Shown here: one piece after another, positions 28,322 through 38,035 of the stretch | Numbering within the stretch: position 1 is the stretch's first letter | Layout: each line of letters begins with the position of its first letter | Source of the DNA: Syntrophales bacterium | Lineage (GTDB): Bacteria > Desulfobacterota > Syntrophia > Syntrophales > UBA8958 | Length of the DNA: 64,000 bases | NCBI GenBank assembly: GCA_026416455.1 | Contig: JAOAFE010000003.1 | Span: 7,779 to 71,778, forward strand | Reading direction: 5' to 3' | The notes under the pieces: model-generated | Databases searched by the model: none | What the model was told of the DNA's origin: nothing | The model's input: only the letters and a program-made list of their open reading frames with translations | Made by a program: the position numbers and the translations under genes

Positions 28322-28350
28322 CTCATAATCAACCCAGAATCATTTGTCAA
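28322..28350 (-). promoter_or_regulatory. candidate sigma70 promoter for livHMGF
   Basis: The minus strand has TTGACA-17 nt-TATGAG. The -10 overlaps one arm of a nested palindrome. Confidence 0.4.
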
Positions 28351-28400
28351 CAAAAAAATTTTAAACCTTCCGAAGACAGCATTTCGGTCAGGGAAATGAT

Positions 28401-28429
28401 TTGACATGAGATAGCGTTTATTTTATAAG
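28401..28429 (+). promoter_or_regulatory. candidate sigma70 promoter for the enoyl-CoA hydratase gene
   Basis: TTGACA-17 nt-TATAAG, 47 nt upstream of the ATG. Confidence 0.45.
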
Positions 28430-28475
28430 CCCACCGTAAGTTAATGCTCAACAATTTTTCAAAAGGAGGAATGTC

Positions 28476-29255
28476 ATGGAGTTCAACTATGAAAAGCTTA
28501 TCGTAGAACAGGACGGCATGGTCATAACGGCGGCAATCAACCATCCTCCAGCCAATGCCATGGGGCAGGGAGTCTTAAGGGATTTAAATGATCTCTTAGA
28601 TAAATGCGAACACGATGACGGTGTAAGGGTAATTATCATCACTGGATCGGGCAGATTTTTCTCCGCCGGCGCGGACATCACCGAGTTTGCAGAGCTGCAA
28701 GCAGGGAAGGTGCCCAAATACGACGGAAACGAAATTTACTTCAAAATTGAAAACTATCCCAAAGTAATAATTGCGGCCATCAACGGCGGAGCGTACGGCG
28801 GCGGTTTGGAGCTTGCGTGCTGCTGTCATCTACGCATTATGTCCGAAGCCGCGACCTGTGGTTTGCCGGAGGTAAAATTAGGACTCAATCCGGGTTGGGG
28901 AGGCACACAAAGACTTCCGAGATTAATAGGCCCCACCAAAGCCCTTGAACTCATGTTAACAGGAGACTTTATGTCGGCTCAAGAAGCATACAACCGCGGG
29001 TTGCTCAACAAAGTGGTCCCAGCAGACAAAGTCCTGGAAGAGGCGAAAGCGCTAGCGAAAAGACTGGCCGATGGAGCCCCTCTTGCCCAAAGGGAGATCA
29101 TGAGAGCCGTACGGCTAGGCTTGGAGACAAACATTCGCGCAGGTGTGCTGGGTATAGAGAGAGCGGCGAGCAAAGCCTTGCAGTTTTCAGAAGATTTTAA
29201 AGAAGGCTCCCGCGCATTCTTGGAAAAAAGAAAACCCGTTTTTAAAGGAAGATAA
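28476..29255 (+). CDS. enoyl-CoA hydratase/isomerase (crotonase) family protein
   Basis: 259 aa. Motifs FSAGADI, GGAYGGGLELACCCHLRI and FLEKRKP. Confidence 0.85.
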   Translation: MEFNYEKLIVEQDGMVITAAINHPPANAMGQGVLRDLNDLLDKCEHDDGVRVIIITGSGRFFSAGADITEFAELQAGKVPKYDGNEIYFKIENYPKVIIAAINGGAYGGGLELACCCHLRIMSEAATCGLPEVKLGLNPGWGGTQRLPRLIGPTKALELMLTGDFMSAQEAYNRGLLNKVVPADKVLEEAKALAKRLADGAPLAQREIMRAVRLGLETNIRAGVLGIERAASKALQFSEDFKEGSRAFLEKRKPVFKGR

Positions 29256-29286
29256 AAATTTTTCTAAAAAGTGAACTTCTGATATA

Positions 29287-29327
29287 AAAATCCCTCCCCA
29301 CAGCCGGGGGGAGGGATTTTCATTTTT
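29287..29327 (+). terminator. intrinsic terminator after the enoyl-CoA hydratase gene
   Basis: AAAATCCCTCCCC / GGGGGAGGGATTTT stem followed by CATTTTT. Confidence 0.8.
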
Positions 29328-29343
29328 CCTCTGAGGAGCCACA

Positions 29344-31281
29344 ATGAAGAAAATAACAACCGCAGTTTTTTTCTCTCTCTTGGTTCTCGTTCAACCCGTT
29401 GTTTCCATAGGACAAACCTCTCAGGAATTGGTTATTCTCTTTACACACGATCTTCATTCCTATTTTTTGCCCCACCGCACTGATCCGACAGCCGGCAACA
29501 ACTGGCGAGGAGGGTACGCAAAAATAGCCTCTCTCATCAAAGATTATCAGGCTAAATATGGAGAAAATCTCCTCATCGTAGATGCGGGCGATTTCAGCAT
29601 GGGTACCTTATTTCACACGGCGTTCAAACAAGAGGCCTCTGAATTGATGCTCATGTCGAAAATGGGATATGATGTAATCACCTTAGGTAACCATGATTTC
29701 GATTTTCATCCCGATGGATTAGCAGAAGCATTGAAAATAGTAAGTAGAAACGTACACCGACGACCCGCCATAGTGGCGTCCAATATATTATTCGGACCAC
29801 CACACCCAAAAGATCTAAAATTAAGGGAGATGGCCCTAGCATACCCTATTAAAAAATACGTGGTCATCCAAAAAGGGAACCTTAAAATAGGAGTTTTCGG
29901 TCTCCTTGGGAAAGATGCCCAAGATGATGCACCCTTTGCCCGACCTTTAAAGTTTCTCGAACCCGTGGAGACGGCAAAAGAAGTAGTAAAAATTCTAAAA
30001 GAAAGGGAAAAGACAGATTTTATCGTCTGCCTATCCCATTCAGGTACGTCCCCCCAGAAGTCTCGCTCAGAAGATGAATGGCTTGCTCAAAGCGTCCCGG
30101 AGATAGATATAATAATCAGTGGCCACACCCACACCGTCCTTTCCCAGCCTATTATCCATAAAAAAACGATCATCGCTTCAGCGGGCCGCTACGGCGAATA
30201 TCTCGGGTTAGTAAGATTTTCCTTTCGTCAAGGTATCCCGCGACTGACCGAATATGTCCTCCTTCCGATCACCGAAAAGATCCCCGACGAGGAGAAAATC
30301 GCGGCCATGATCAAAGACTACAAAAAGAAGATAAATAAAACTTTCCTGAAGCCATATGGACTTGATTACGATGAGATCGTCGCCGAAATAAACTACCACA
30401 TGGACACATTGAATGAGGCCTATGCTCGTCAAGGTGAAACCGGCTTGGGCAATTTAATCACCGATGCCTATCGTTTTGCTATAAAAAGAGCGGAAGGGGA
30501 ACGCTACGAACCAGTGCACCTGGCTATTCAACCCCTTGGTTTAATCCGTTCTTCTTTTTTTCAGGGGCCGCTTACAGCGGATGATATCTTTCGTGTCCTT
30601 TCTCTGGGATTAGGCATGGACGGTCAAGCTGGTTATCCTCTTCTTACCACCTATTTAAGCGGTCGAGAAATAAAACAATTGATGGAAATCGAAACCACCA
30701 TTTCCCGTATGAAAAGGGATGCGCATCTGCAAGTTTCAGGAGTCAAAATGCGTTACAATCCCAACCGTCTACCATTCGATCGAGTGATTTCCATTGAAAT
30801 CCAAGAACCCGACGGCACATACCGTCCCGTAATACCCGACCGACTTTACCGAGTGGCAATGAATTACTACTCAGCCCAAATGGTAGATTATATCTCCCGC
30901 GTCTCTCATGGCCTGCTCCTCATGAAACCGAAAGACAAAAGGGGCAACTATGTGCCTCGCATAGAAGAAAGCATAGTTAAAGTAGACAGCCCCGATCGTA
31001 GTACAGAATTGAAAGAATGGATTGCCCTATCTCTATTCTTGAAAAGCCAGCCAGACCTAAACGGGAATGGTATCCCCGATGTACCTTTGCGTTACCAAAG
31101 TCCGGAGGGAAGAATTGTATCCATGCCATCTTGGCATCCTATAGATCTCATCCGAGGGACAACGTATATAACGTGGGGCGCCTTTCTCATTGTTTTGACC
31201 ATCGTCTCATTACTCGCATTTATCCTTTGGTTTATGTGGAAAAAAAGACACGATTTAGCAAGAGGGGTTAAAAAGACATGA
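29344..31281 (+). CDS. bifunctional metallophosphatase/5'-nucleotidase with signal peptide and C-terminal membrane anchor
   Basis: 645 aa. Motifs THDLHS, DAGDF, GNHDFD and GHTH, a 5'-nucleotidase C-domain, and terminal TM WGAFLIVLTIVSLLAFILWFMW. Confidence 0.85.
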   Translation: MKKITTAVFFSLLVLVQPVVSIGQTSQELVILFTHDLHSYFLPHRTDPTAGNNWRGGYAKIASLIKDYQAKYGENLLIVDAGDFSMGTLFHTAFKQEASELMLMSKMGYDVITLGNHDFDFHPDGLAEALKIVSRNVHRRPAIVASNILFGPPHPKDLKLREMALAYPIKKYVVIQKGNLKIGVFGLLGKDAQDDAPFARPLKFLEPVETAKEVVKILKEREKTDFIVCLSHSGTSPQKSRSEDEWLAQSVPEIDIIISGHTHTVLSQPIIHKKTIIASAGRYGEYLGLVRFSFRQGIPRLTEYVLLPITEKIPDEEKIAAMIKDYKKKINKTFLKPYGLDYDEIVAEINYHMDTLNEAYARQGETGLGNLITDAYRFAIKRAEGERYEPVHLAIQPLGLIRSSFFQGPLTADDIFRVLSLGLGMDGQAGYPLLTTYLSGREIKQLMEIETTISRMKRDAHLQVSGVKMRYNPNRLPFDRVISIEIQEPDGTYRPVIPDRLYRVAMNYYSAQMVDYISRVSHGLLLMKPKDKRGNYVPRIEESIVKVDSPDRSTELKEWIALSLFLKSQPDLNGNGIPDVPLRYQSPEGRIVSMPSWHPIDLIRGTTYITWGAFLIVLTIVSLLAFILWFMWKKRHDLARGVKKT

Positions 31282-33332
31282 AATTTGACAAACAAGTAGA
31301 TGAACTGTGTGTAAACACGATCCGTTTTTTGGCCTGTGATGCCGTTGAAAATGCAAAATCAGGTCATCCTGGAATGCCAATGGGCGCGGCAGCCGCTGCC
31401 TTTACCCTCTGGACAAGACACTTGAAACACGATCCGAATGATCCTTTCTGGCCGGATCGCGATCGCTTTATCCTATCCGCTGGCCATGCATCAATGCTCC
31501 TATATGCCCTTCTATATCTTTGTGGTTACGATATGACCTTGGAAGATTTGAAATCGTTTCGCCAATGGGGGAGCAAAACTCCAGGGCATCCAGAAAAATG
31601 TCATCCTCCAGGAGTTGAGATGACAACCGGCCCTTTAGGACAGGGTTTCAGCCACGCCGTGGGTTTAGCAGCTGCCGAAGCCCATCTTGCTGCCACGTTT
31701 AACAAACCCGATCTTCCGCTCGTTAATCATTTCACGTATGTACTTGCGAGTGATGGAGACTTGATGGAAGGGGTAACTCTGGAGGCTTGTTCACTGGCTG
31801 GTCATCTCGGATTGGGAAAGTTAATCGTTTTATACGATGATAACGGCGTCTCCCTGGCCGGCTCTACCAGCCTTACTTTCACTGATAATATTGATCTTCT
31901 ATTCAAATCCCGTAATTGGCAAGTTATCGTCGTTGATGACGGTAACGACATCGAGGCCATAAATGAAGCCATTTCGGCAGCCAAAAAGGACCTACGGCAT
32001 CCCAGTTTGATTAGGGTTAAAACCAAAATCGCTTTTGGTTCTCCCCATAAAGAAGGCTCCCATGAAGCCCACGGTGCACCCCTGGGAGAAGAAGAGGTAC
32101 AAGCTGCTAAGAAGAATTTAGGCTGGCCCGAAGAGTCTAGCTTTTTTGTCCCATCCGCCGTTATTGAATACTTCAATCGGTTGAGAAAAAAATGGAAAGA
32201 CCATCATCAGAAGTGGCTTAAAACATGGCATGAATACAAAGAGCGATATCCCCTTGAAGCACAAGAATTTGAGCGGAGAATGAAAGGCATTTTACCCCCC
32301 CAATGGGACAGGGCTCTCTCCCAAATGGAACAAGTTAATAAACCCGTCTCTACCCGTAAGGTATCAGAATCTATACTGCAAATGATTGCACCCCACGTAC
32401 CTGAATTGATGGGAGGGTCAGCAGACCTGAATCCTTCCTGTTTAACCTGGTTGAAGGGATTTGGAGACTTCCAGCGCCCCGATCCTCATCATCGCCCCAT
32501 AAGCGGTGAAGTAGGTGGGGGATGGAATTATGGAGGAAGAAATATCCATTTCGGTGTCCGGGAGCACGCCATGGCTGCTTTTGTGGGTGGCTTGGCCCTT
32601 CATGGGGGTATAATCCCTTATGCCGCTACCTTCCTGGCGTTTGCTGACTATATGAAACCTGCTATCAGATTGGCGGCGCTCATGAGACTACCAGTTATCT
32701 ATGTATTTACCCACGATAGTTTTTGCATTGGGGAAGATGGTCCGACTCACCAACCAGTGGAGCAGCTCATGAATCTCCGATCCATCCCTCATCTTACGGT
32801 CATTCGTCCCGCCGATGCAGATGAAACGAAAGAGGCCTGGCGGGCGGCCTTACTTAATCGAGAAGGGCCAACGGCACTCATTTTCACCAGGCAAGAGGTG
32901 CCTTTCTTGGACAGAACTATTATCGCTTCAGCTGAAGAATTGCATCGGGGCGGATACGTACTGTGGGATTCTTCCACCCTGACTCCTTTAGTAACCATAA
33001 TCGCTACTGGTTCGGAAGTGGCCCTTGCCCTGCAGGTAGCGAGAAAATTAGCCGCTGAATCTATTAGGGTGCGGGTAGTTTCTCTTCCTTCGTGGGAAAT
33101 TTTTGAGCGTCAACAGACGGCTTATAAAAAACAGGTTATACCTCCGACGACCAAACTTCGAGTGGCCATTGAAGCCGGCGTGTCCTTAGGATGGGAAAGA
33201 TATGTAGGTCTCGACGGCATCATCATCGGTATAGACCATTTCGGCGCCAGCGCCCCCTATCGGGTTCTGAAGGAAAAATTTGGTTTCACGGAAGAACGAG
33301 TAATCGAAGCGATCAAAGGTCTATTAAAATAA
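31278..33332 (+). CDS. tkt: transketolase
   Basis: 684 aa. Motifs SGHPGMPMGAA, SDGDLMEG and EDGPTHQP. ATGA overlap with the upstream gene. Confidence 0.95.
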   Translation: MKFDKQVDELCVNTIRFLACDAVENAKSGHPGMPMGAAAAAFTLWTRHLKHDPNDPFWPDRDRFILSAGHASMLLYALLYLCGYDMTLEDLKSFRQWGSKTPGHPEKCHPPGVEMTTGPLGQGFSHAVGLAAAEAHLAATFNKPDLPLVNHFTYVLASDGDLMEGVTLEACSLAGHLGLGKLIVLYDDNGVSLAGSTSLTFTDNIDLLFKSRNWQVIVVDDGNDIEAINEAISAAKKDLRHPSLIRVKTKIAFGSPHKEGSHEAHGAPLGEEEVQAAKKNLGWPEESSFFVPSAVIEYFNRLRKKWKDHHQKWLKTWHEYKERYPLEAQEFERRMKGILPPQWDRALSQMEQVNKPVSTRKVSESILQMIAPHVPELMGGSADLNPSCLTWLKGFGDFQRPDPHHRPISGEVGGGWNYGGRNIHFGVREHAMAAFVGGLALHGGIIPYAATFLAFADYMKPAIRLAALMRLPVIYVFTHDSFCIGEDGPTHQPVEQLMNLRSIPHLTVIRPADADETKEAWRAALLNREGPTALIFTRQEVPFLDRTIIASAEELHRGGYVLWDSSTLTPLVTIIATGSEVALALQVARKLAAESIRVRVVSLPSWEIFERQQTAYKKQVIPPTTKLRVAIEAGVSLGWERYVGLDGIIIGIDHFGASAPYRVLKEKFGFTEERVIEAIKGLLK

Positions 33333-34055
33333 ATGAAACAACTGACTTCCGAAGAACATCGTCGGTTGGTCAAAGATATTTTTTCATCCATTTACAGCCG
33401 CTACGATATGATGAATCACATCCTAAGTGTGGGTTGTGACTTCTATTGGCGAAAAGCGGTCATCCGGCGCCTTTCAATTCTTTCTCCTCTCCTGATTTTG
33501 GATGTAGCCTGCGGCACGGGAGATTTGACCATCGGTTTGGCTCAGTCCTATCCAAAGGCCTCGGTTGTTGGTGTCGATTTTTCCAATCACATGCTGGCTC
33601 AAGCGAGACACAAAATTCTCTATCGAAACCTTGCTTCTCGAATAAAACTCATTCGAGGGGATGCTCTGAGGTTACCTTTTCCAGAAAATACATTTCAGGC
33701 TGCAGCCGTGGCTTTCGGCATCCGAAATATGAATCCCTTTGATGAGGCTTTAAAAGAACTGGCAAGGGTGTTAGCGCCAGGAGGACATGTCGCCATTTTG
33801 GAGATGCACAATCCGCCACAGCGTTGGCGGCAGGTTCTTTTTCGCTTCTACTGCCGCACAATTATTAGATGGGGGGCCAGGATGTTCTCCAAAAATGCGT
33901 CCGCTTATGACTATCTTGTTGAATCGATTCGTCAATTTCCATCCCCTGAAGATTTCAAGCATTCTATGGAAGAAAGGGGTTTTAAAAAAATCGAAAGTCA
34001 TGCCCTCTTTCCTGGTATCACTTACCTGCACGTGGGGCGGAAGCACTTTGGTTGA
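33333..34055 (+). CDS. ubiE: demethylmenaquinone/ubiquinone C-methyltransferase
   Basis: 240 aa. YDMMNHILS motif and SAM motif LDVACGTGDL. Starts 1 nt after the tkt stop. Confidence 0.85.
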   Translation: MKQLTSEEHRRLVKDIFSSIYSRYDMMNHILSVGCDFYWRKAVIRRLSILSPLLILDVACGTGDLTIGLAQSYPKASVVGVDFSNHMLAQARHKILYRNLASRIKLIRGDALRLPFPENTFQAAAVAFGIRNMNPFDEALKELARVLAPGGHVAILEMHNPPQRWRQVLFRFYCRTIIRWGARMFSKNASAYDYLVESIRQFPSPEDFKHSMEERGFKKIESHALFPGITYLHVGRKHFG

Positions 34056-35313
34056 GCTTAATGGCACAGAGATCACCACACATACTACATCCCTCTTCAT
34101 TTCCTGCCTTTGTTTTCTCTAAAAGCATCCTTGCCTTTACGGGATCGATCGACACTTCGACTTGACCATCCCAATTAAAATCCCGTCGATAGCGCGCCAT
34201 CAAATCATCCTTTGTCCGTGCACCTGGAATACCCTTAGCCAAATCGGCGATATGGGCCGCTATTCTCGCCGCAATGACACCATCTCGTACATCGTCTAAA
34301 GTGGGTAATCTAAGGTGCTCTGATGGGGTTACGTAGCAGAGAAAATCCGCCCCCGCCGCTCCCGCTAAGGCGCCACCTATAGCACAGGCAATATGATCAT
34401 AGCCCGGTGCGATATCCGTCGGCAGGGGACCAAGTACGTAAAAGGGAGCCCCCTCACACAACGTCTTTTCCATAAGAATGTTAGCCTCGATTTCTTTTAG
34501 AGGCACGTGACCCGGCCCTTCAATCATAACCTGAACCCCTGCTGCTTTCGCCCTTTTAGCCAGTTCTCCGAGAGTAACTAATTCCTGAATCTGCGCCCTA
34601 TCCGAAGCATCGGCCAGACATCCGGGCCTCAAACCATCCCCCAAGCTTAAAACCATGTCATAGCGTTTGGCAATTTCCAACAATCGGTCATATTCTTCAT
34701 AGAGAGGATTTTCTCGACCGGTGCAGGCCATCCAGTTAGCAAGGATAGAACCGCCACGGCTCACTATTCCAAGAAGCCGCCCCTGTTCTGAAAGGGCACC
34801 GACGCTTCTTTTAGTCACCCCACAATGGACGGTAATAAAGTCCACCCCATCTTGGCCATGCTCCTCAATCACCCGAAAGATATCATCGGCCTCCATGTCT
34901 CTTATTGCTTTCCCAGCGGCCAAGATTTCGATCGCTGCTTGGTAGATCGGAACAGTACCTACTACCAAAGGGGAGTGCTCTATGATTTTTTTACGTATTT
35001 CTCTGATATTGCCTCCCGTAGAAAGGTCCATAATAGCATCCGCTTTTGCTTCCACACAGACGGATACTTTTTTCAATTCCAACTCGATATCGACTCGGTC
35101 TTGGGAGGTGCCTAGATTGGCATTAACCTTCGTGCGCAATCCTTTTCCGATTGCCAACGGACGCACTTTTAAATGGTTTTTGTTCCTTACGATGACTATT
35201 TCCCCGCGGGCCACACCATCCCTGATGAACTCAGGGGATACGCCCTCGGCGTGAGCACACTCCTTCATCTCTTCTGTAATAATACCATTTCTTGCCTGCT
35301 CTAATTGCGTCAT
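34018..35313 (-). CDS. thiC: phosphomethylpyrimidine synthase
   Basis: ORF 34018..35328 begins at TTG; ATG 35313 (MTQLEQARNG) is preferred. Typical ThiC body with C-terminal CSMCGDLC Fe-S motif. Preceded by a TPP riboswitch. Confidence 0.95.
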   Translation of the reverse strand: MTQLEQARNGIITEEMKECAHAEGVSPEFIRDGVARGEIVIVRNKNHLKVRPLAIGKGLRTKVNANLGTSQDRVDIELELKKVSVCVEAKADAIMDLSTGGNIREIRKKIIEHSPLVVGTVPIYQAAIEILAAGKAIRDMEADDIFRVIEEHGQDGVDFITVHCGVTKRSVGALSEQGRLLGIVSRGGSILANWMACTGRENPLYEEYDRLLEIAKRYDMVLSLGDGLRPGCLADASDRAQIQELVTLGELAKRAKAAGVQVMIEGPGHVPLKEIEANILMEKTLCEGAPFYVLGPLPTDIAPGYDHIACAIGGALAGAAGADFLCYVTPSEHLRLPTLDDVRDGVIAARIAAHIADLAKGIPGARTKDDLMARYRRDFNWDGQVEVSIDPVKARMLLEKTKAGNEEGCSMCGDLCAIKLNQSASAPRAGK

Positions 35314-35326
35314 AGAATAACCTCTC

Positions 35327-35366
35327 AAAAAAGGGGCGTACCCTCCACCTTTTGAGAGTACGCCCC
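35327..35366 (-). terminator. riboswitch expression-platform terminator
   Basis: GGGGCGTAC...GTACGCCCC stem followed by TTTTTT, directly before the thiC SD (GAGAGG). Confidence 0.7.
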
Positions 35367-35383
35367 TGATTGCTCCGTCAAGT

Positions 35384-35452
35384 GGCTCCCTCCGCCAGCA
35401 TTACCTGGTTCAGGTTCAAAGGGTCTCTCTCAGCCCTTCGGGCACCCCTGCC
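35384..35452 (-). promoter_or_regulatory. TPP (THI-box) riboswitch aptamer upstream of thiC
   Basis: The minus strand reads GGCAGGGGTGCCCGAAGGGCTGAGAGAGACCCTTTGAACCTGAACCAGGTAATGCTGGCGGAGGGAGCC. It contains the conserved GGGGUGC, CUGAGA, ACCCUUUGAACCUGA, and UAAUGC...GC..AGGGA elements. Confidence 0.88.
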
Positions 35453-35459
35453 TTTGTCT

Positions 35460-35488
35460 TATCTAAATCAATTTTTTTAAAAAAGCAA
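35460..35488 (-). promoter_or_regulatory. candidate sigma70 promoter for the thiC leader
   Basis: TTGCTT-17 nt-TAGATA on the minus strand, placing the TSS a few nt before the aptamer. Confidence 0.35.
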
Positions 35489-35495
35489 ACTCAAA

Positions 35496-36578
35496 TCACT
35501 TACCGAGAAATACGTTCTTAGGATTCTCCACCATCATTACCCTGATCTGCTCATCCGTTACTCCCTCAGCCTTTAACATGGGAATAACATTTTTTGCGAT
35601 ATGGTCGATGCGCCAATTTTCAAAAGCTTTTAAATATTTTTCAGGAACCGAAATGGGACGACCAAGCCAATAATTGACTGTATCGTGGGAAAGGAGAATG
35701 CGATCGGCGTAACCCTCTTTGCACAAGGTTGCTATGTTCTTAACAATTACATCCGTCGGGGTAATGATATCCAATCCAATGCGATCGAAAGCGATGTATA
35801 CACCCTTAGCTAAAATCGCTTTGTGATATTGGACGTCTCGAGAATTGGAGACGTGGCCAATGACTACTTTCTTGGGATCAGCTCCTTCTTTGAGTAGAAA
35901 CTCTGCCTGCTCCACACCACCCGTCGGTCCTTCCGTATGGGTTATAATCGGCACCCCCGTTGCTTTCTGGGCAATGGCCGCCGCTTTATGGACCGCTTGC
36001 TCATATTTAGACATTTCTGGACTTGATCCTACCTTGATGACGCCCGCCTTTACCCCCGTCTTTCCTATCCCGACAGTTATCTCACGAATAAACATCTCAG
36101 AAATGAGCTGAGCTATATCCGTTCCCCAAATAACCCTCGTCTTCCAGTAAGCAGGAGATCCCTCATGATCCGTATACAAACCAGTTGAGCAAATAATATT
36201 CATGCGCGTTTTTCTAGCCAACTTTTTATAGAGCTCCACGTTCCTTCCGCCCGTATCGTTTGGGGTCGCATCGACAATGGTTCTTACCCCCACATCCCAA
36301 GCGGTCTTGATTACCCGTAGACCCGTTTTATAAGCCTCCTTCCAGTTCTCGGGATACATAGTAGAATCGGCAAACCAACCGGGATACGCGAAGGCAAAGT
36401 GCTCATGAATGAGGGTCGTACCCAGTTTCTCTGCCGGTATAGGTCCAAGGACAGTGTTTACCATTCCCGGCTTGAGGGGTGACATTTCTTTTCCTATTGT
36501 TGGCGGAATGGCCACGAGGAAAAACGTCACAAAAACAATTGACAAGAAAACGACATGAAAAATCTTCCTTTGTTTCAT
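35496..36578 (-). CDS. phosphotriesterase-family (amidohydrolase superfamily) protein with N-terminal signal/anchor
   Basis: 360 aa. Hydrophobic N-terminus, then TLIHEHF (HxH), ITHTE and LSHD metal-ligand pattern. Confidence 0.75.
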   Translation of the reverse strand: MKQRKIFHVVFLSIVFVTFFLVAIPPTIGKEMSPLKPGMVNTVLGPIPAEKLGTTLIHEHFAFAYPGWFADSTMYPENWKEAYKTGLRVIKTAWDVGVRTIVDATPNDTGGRNVELYKKLARKTRMNIICSTGLYTDHEGSPAYWKTRVIWGTDIAQLISEMFIREITVGIGKTGVKAGVIKVGSSPEMSKYEQAVHKAAAIAQKATGVPIITHTEGPTGGVEQAEFLLKEGADPKKVVIGHVSNSRDVQYHKAILAKGVYIAFDRIGLDIITPTDVIVKNIATLCKEGYADRILLSHDTVNYWLGRPISVPEKYLKAFENWRIDHIAKNVIPMLKAEGVTDEQIRVMMVENPKNVFLGK

Positions 36579-36627
36579 AACTCTCCCTCCTTTCCCTTTT
36601 TAGTTTAATCAATATAGCCCCCTCCCA

Positions 36628-36667
36628 CCACAAAAGTAAAGAGGGGAATCTTGCGATTCCCCTCTTT
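36628..36667 (-). terminator. intrinsic terminator after the LivK-like binding protein gene
   Basis: The minus strand reads AAAGAGGGGAATC-gcaa-GATTCCCCTCTTT followed by ACTTTTG. Confidence 0.75.
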
Positions 36668-36697
36668 AAAGCATGGCCTATTATAATCTTAAGCCAC

Positions 36698-37939
36698 CTA
36701 CATGGCCACTTTCAACCAAATATGCTCATTTCTCGTAAACTTAGTCTGCTTTTTGTACTGTTCGAATTCCGCTTTGGTCTTAGGCCACCAATAGTACAAG
36801 GCGGTGGGATCAGGTTTCCCATTGGTTACTGTTTGAATGGCATTGGCGATCATCAAACGTCCCTGGGGGGTAATTCCGAAGGTCTCATTGGGGAATTTGT
36901 CTCCCAAGAGAGGATAGATCTTGGGAAAAGACTCTCGAATTTTATAAATATCCGTGATCGTTCCGGCCGCCTGAATGGCTCGGGCAAGACCGTGCATTGC
37001 CGAATAATTAAGGGCACATTCCCACGTGACCATTCTCTTGTAAGCTGCCCTGAAACGACGCTCATAGTCAGCGGCCCCGGGAGCAGGCAGAGAATTTACG
37101 GCACCCGTGGAAATCATATCACCCATAAGCTGGGTTCCCTTTAAGATCTGGGCAATATAGTCTGGTTTCGCTTGATCTACCATAATCAACCCACCCTTGA
37201 AGCCCATCGAGCGGAGCTGTTCAATTACAAGGGCAGTCGTAGCTGAGGGACCACCAATGAGTATCACATCTGGCTTCGTGGCTAGTACGGCGGTAATGGG
37301 AGCCGAAAAGTCCGTTTCTGCATAATAATTGGCCGGTTTGTCCGCCGTAATTACGCCACCTTTTTTTGTCCACGCATCCTTAAATGCGTGTCTCCATTCC
37401 TCGCCGTATGCGCCCAAAGTCACAAGCATCGCCGCTTTTTTCCAGCCTTTTTTCAAAGCCCAATCGGTGAATACTTCTACGTAAGGTGTGAAAGTTACAG
37501 TTGTGTTGACTAATAATTTGTTGCCCAATTCGACCACCTTGGGTGTGCTCGTATAAGACATAACTATAAATTCCTGACCCTGTTCCTGATTAATTTTGAG
37601 GAGAGGAGCAATAGTGGTAAACACGCCGTTAAATACAGCAACGGCTCCGTTCGATTTAAAACGTCTGGCATTGTTCGTTGCTTGAGTCGGATCCACTCTG
37701 TCGTCCAGTTTATCTAACCGGAAAGTATACTTTTTCCCTCCAACCGTAATACCACCCGCCGCGTTTAGCTCCTTAACCGCCAATTCTATTCCAAACACTA
37801 TATCCTGACCATACTCAGCTGCCGGTCCACTCAAGGGGCCACTGAAGCCAACGACGATTTCATCCGCCCGTGCCGGTCCAGCAAAGACCAAAAAACACGC
37901 CAAAACAAAGATGGTTAACCACGTTTTCTTAACACTCAT
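36698..37939 (-). CDS. ABC transporter substrate-binding protein, Leu/Ile/Val-binding (PBP1) family
   Basis: 413 aa. Signal peptide ...FAGPARA|DE and VGFSGPLSGPAAEYGQD motif typical of LivK-like proteins. Own terminator downstream. Confidence 0.8.
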   Translation of the reverse strand: MSVKKTWLTIFVLACFLVFAGPARADEIVVGFSGPLSGPAAEYGQDIVFGIELAVKELNAAGGITVGGKKYTFRLDKLDDRVDPTQATNNARRFKSNGAVAVFNGVFTTIAPLLKINQEQGQEFIVMSYTSTPKVVELGNKLLVNTTVTFTPYVEVFTDWALKKGWKKAAMLVTLGAYGEEWRHAFKDAWTKKGGVITADKPANYYAETDFSAPITAVLATKPDVILIGGPSATTALVIEQLRSMGFKGGLIMVDQAKPDYIAQILKGTQLMGDMISTGAVNSLPAPGAADYERRFRAAYKRMVTWECALNYSAMHGLARAIQAAGTITDIYKIRESFPKIYPLLGDKFPNETFGITPQGRLMIANAIQTVTNGKPDPTALYYWWPKTKAEFEQYKKQTKFTRNEHIWLKVAM

Positions 37940-38035
37940 TTCGGTTACCTCCCTTTAATTTAAAAATGTCCCAAACCACATAATTGATCTCTTGTCAATC
38001 TGAAAAGGTATTTTCACCGTCCCTCTTTTATATTA

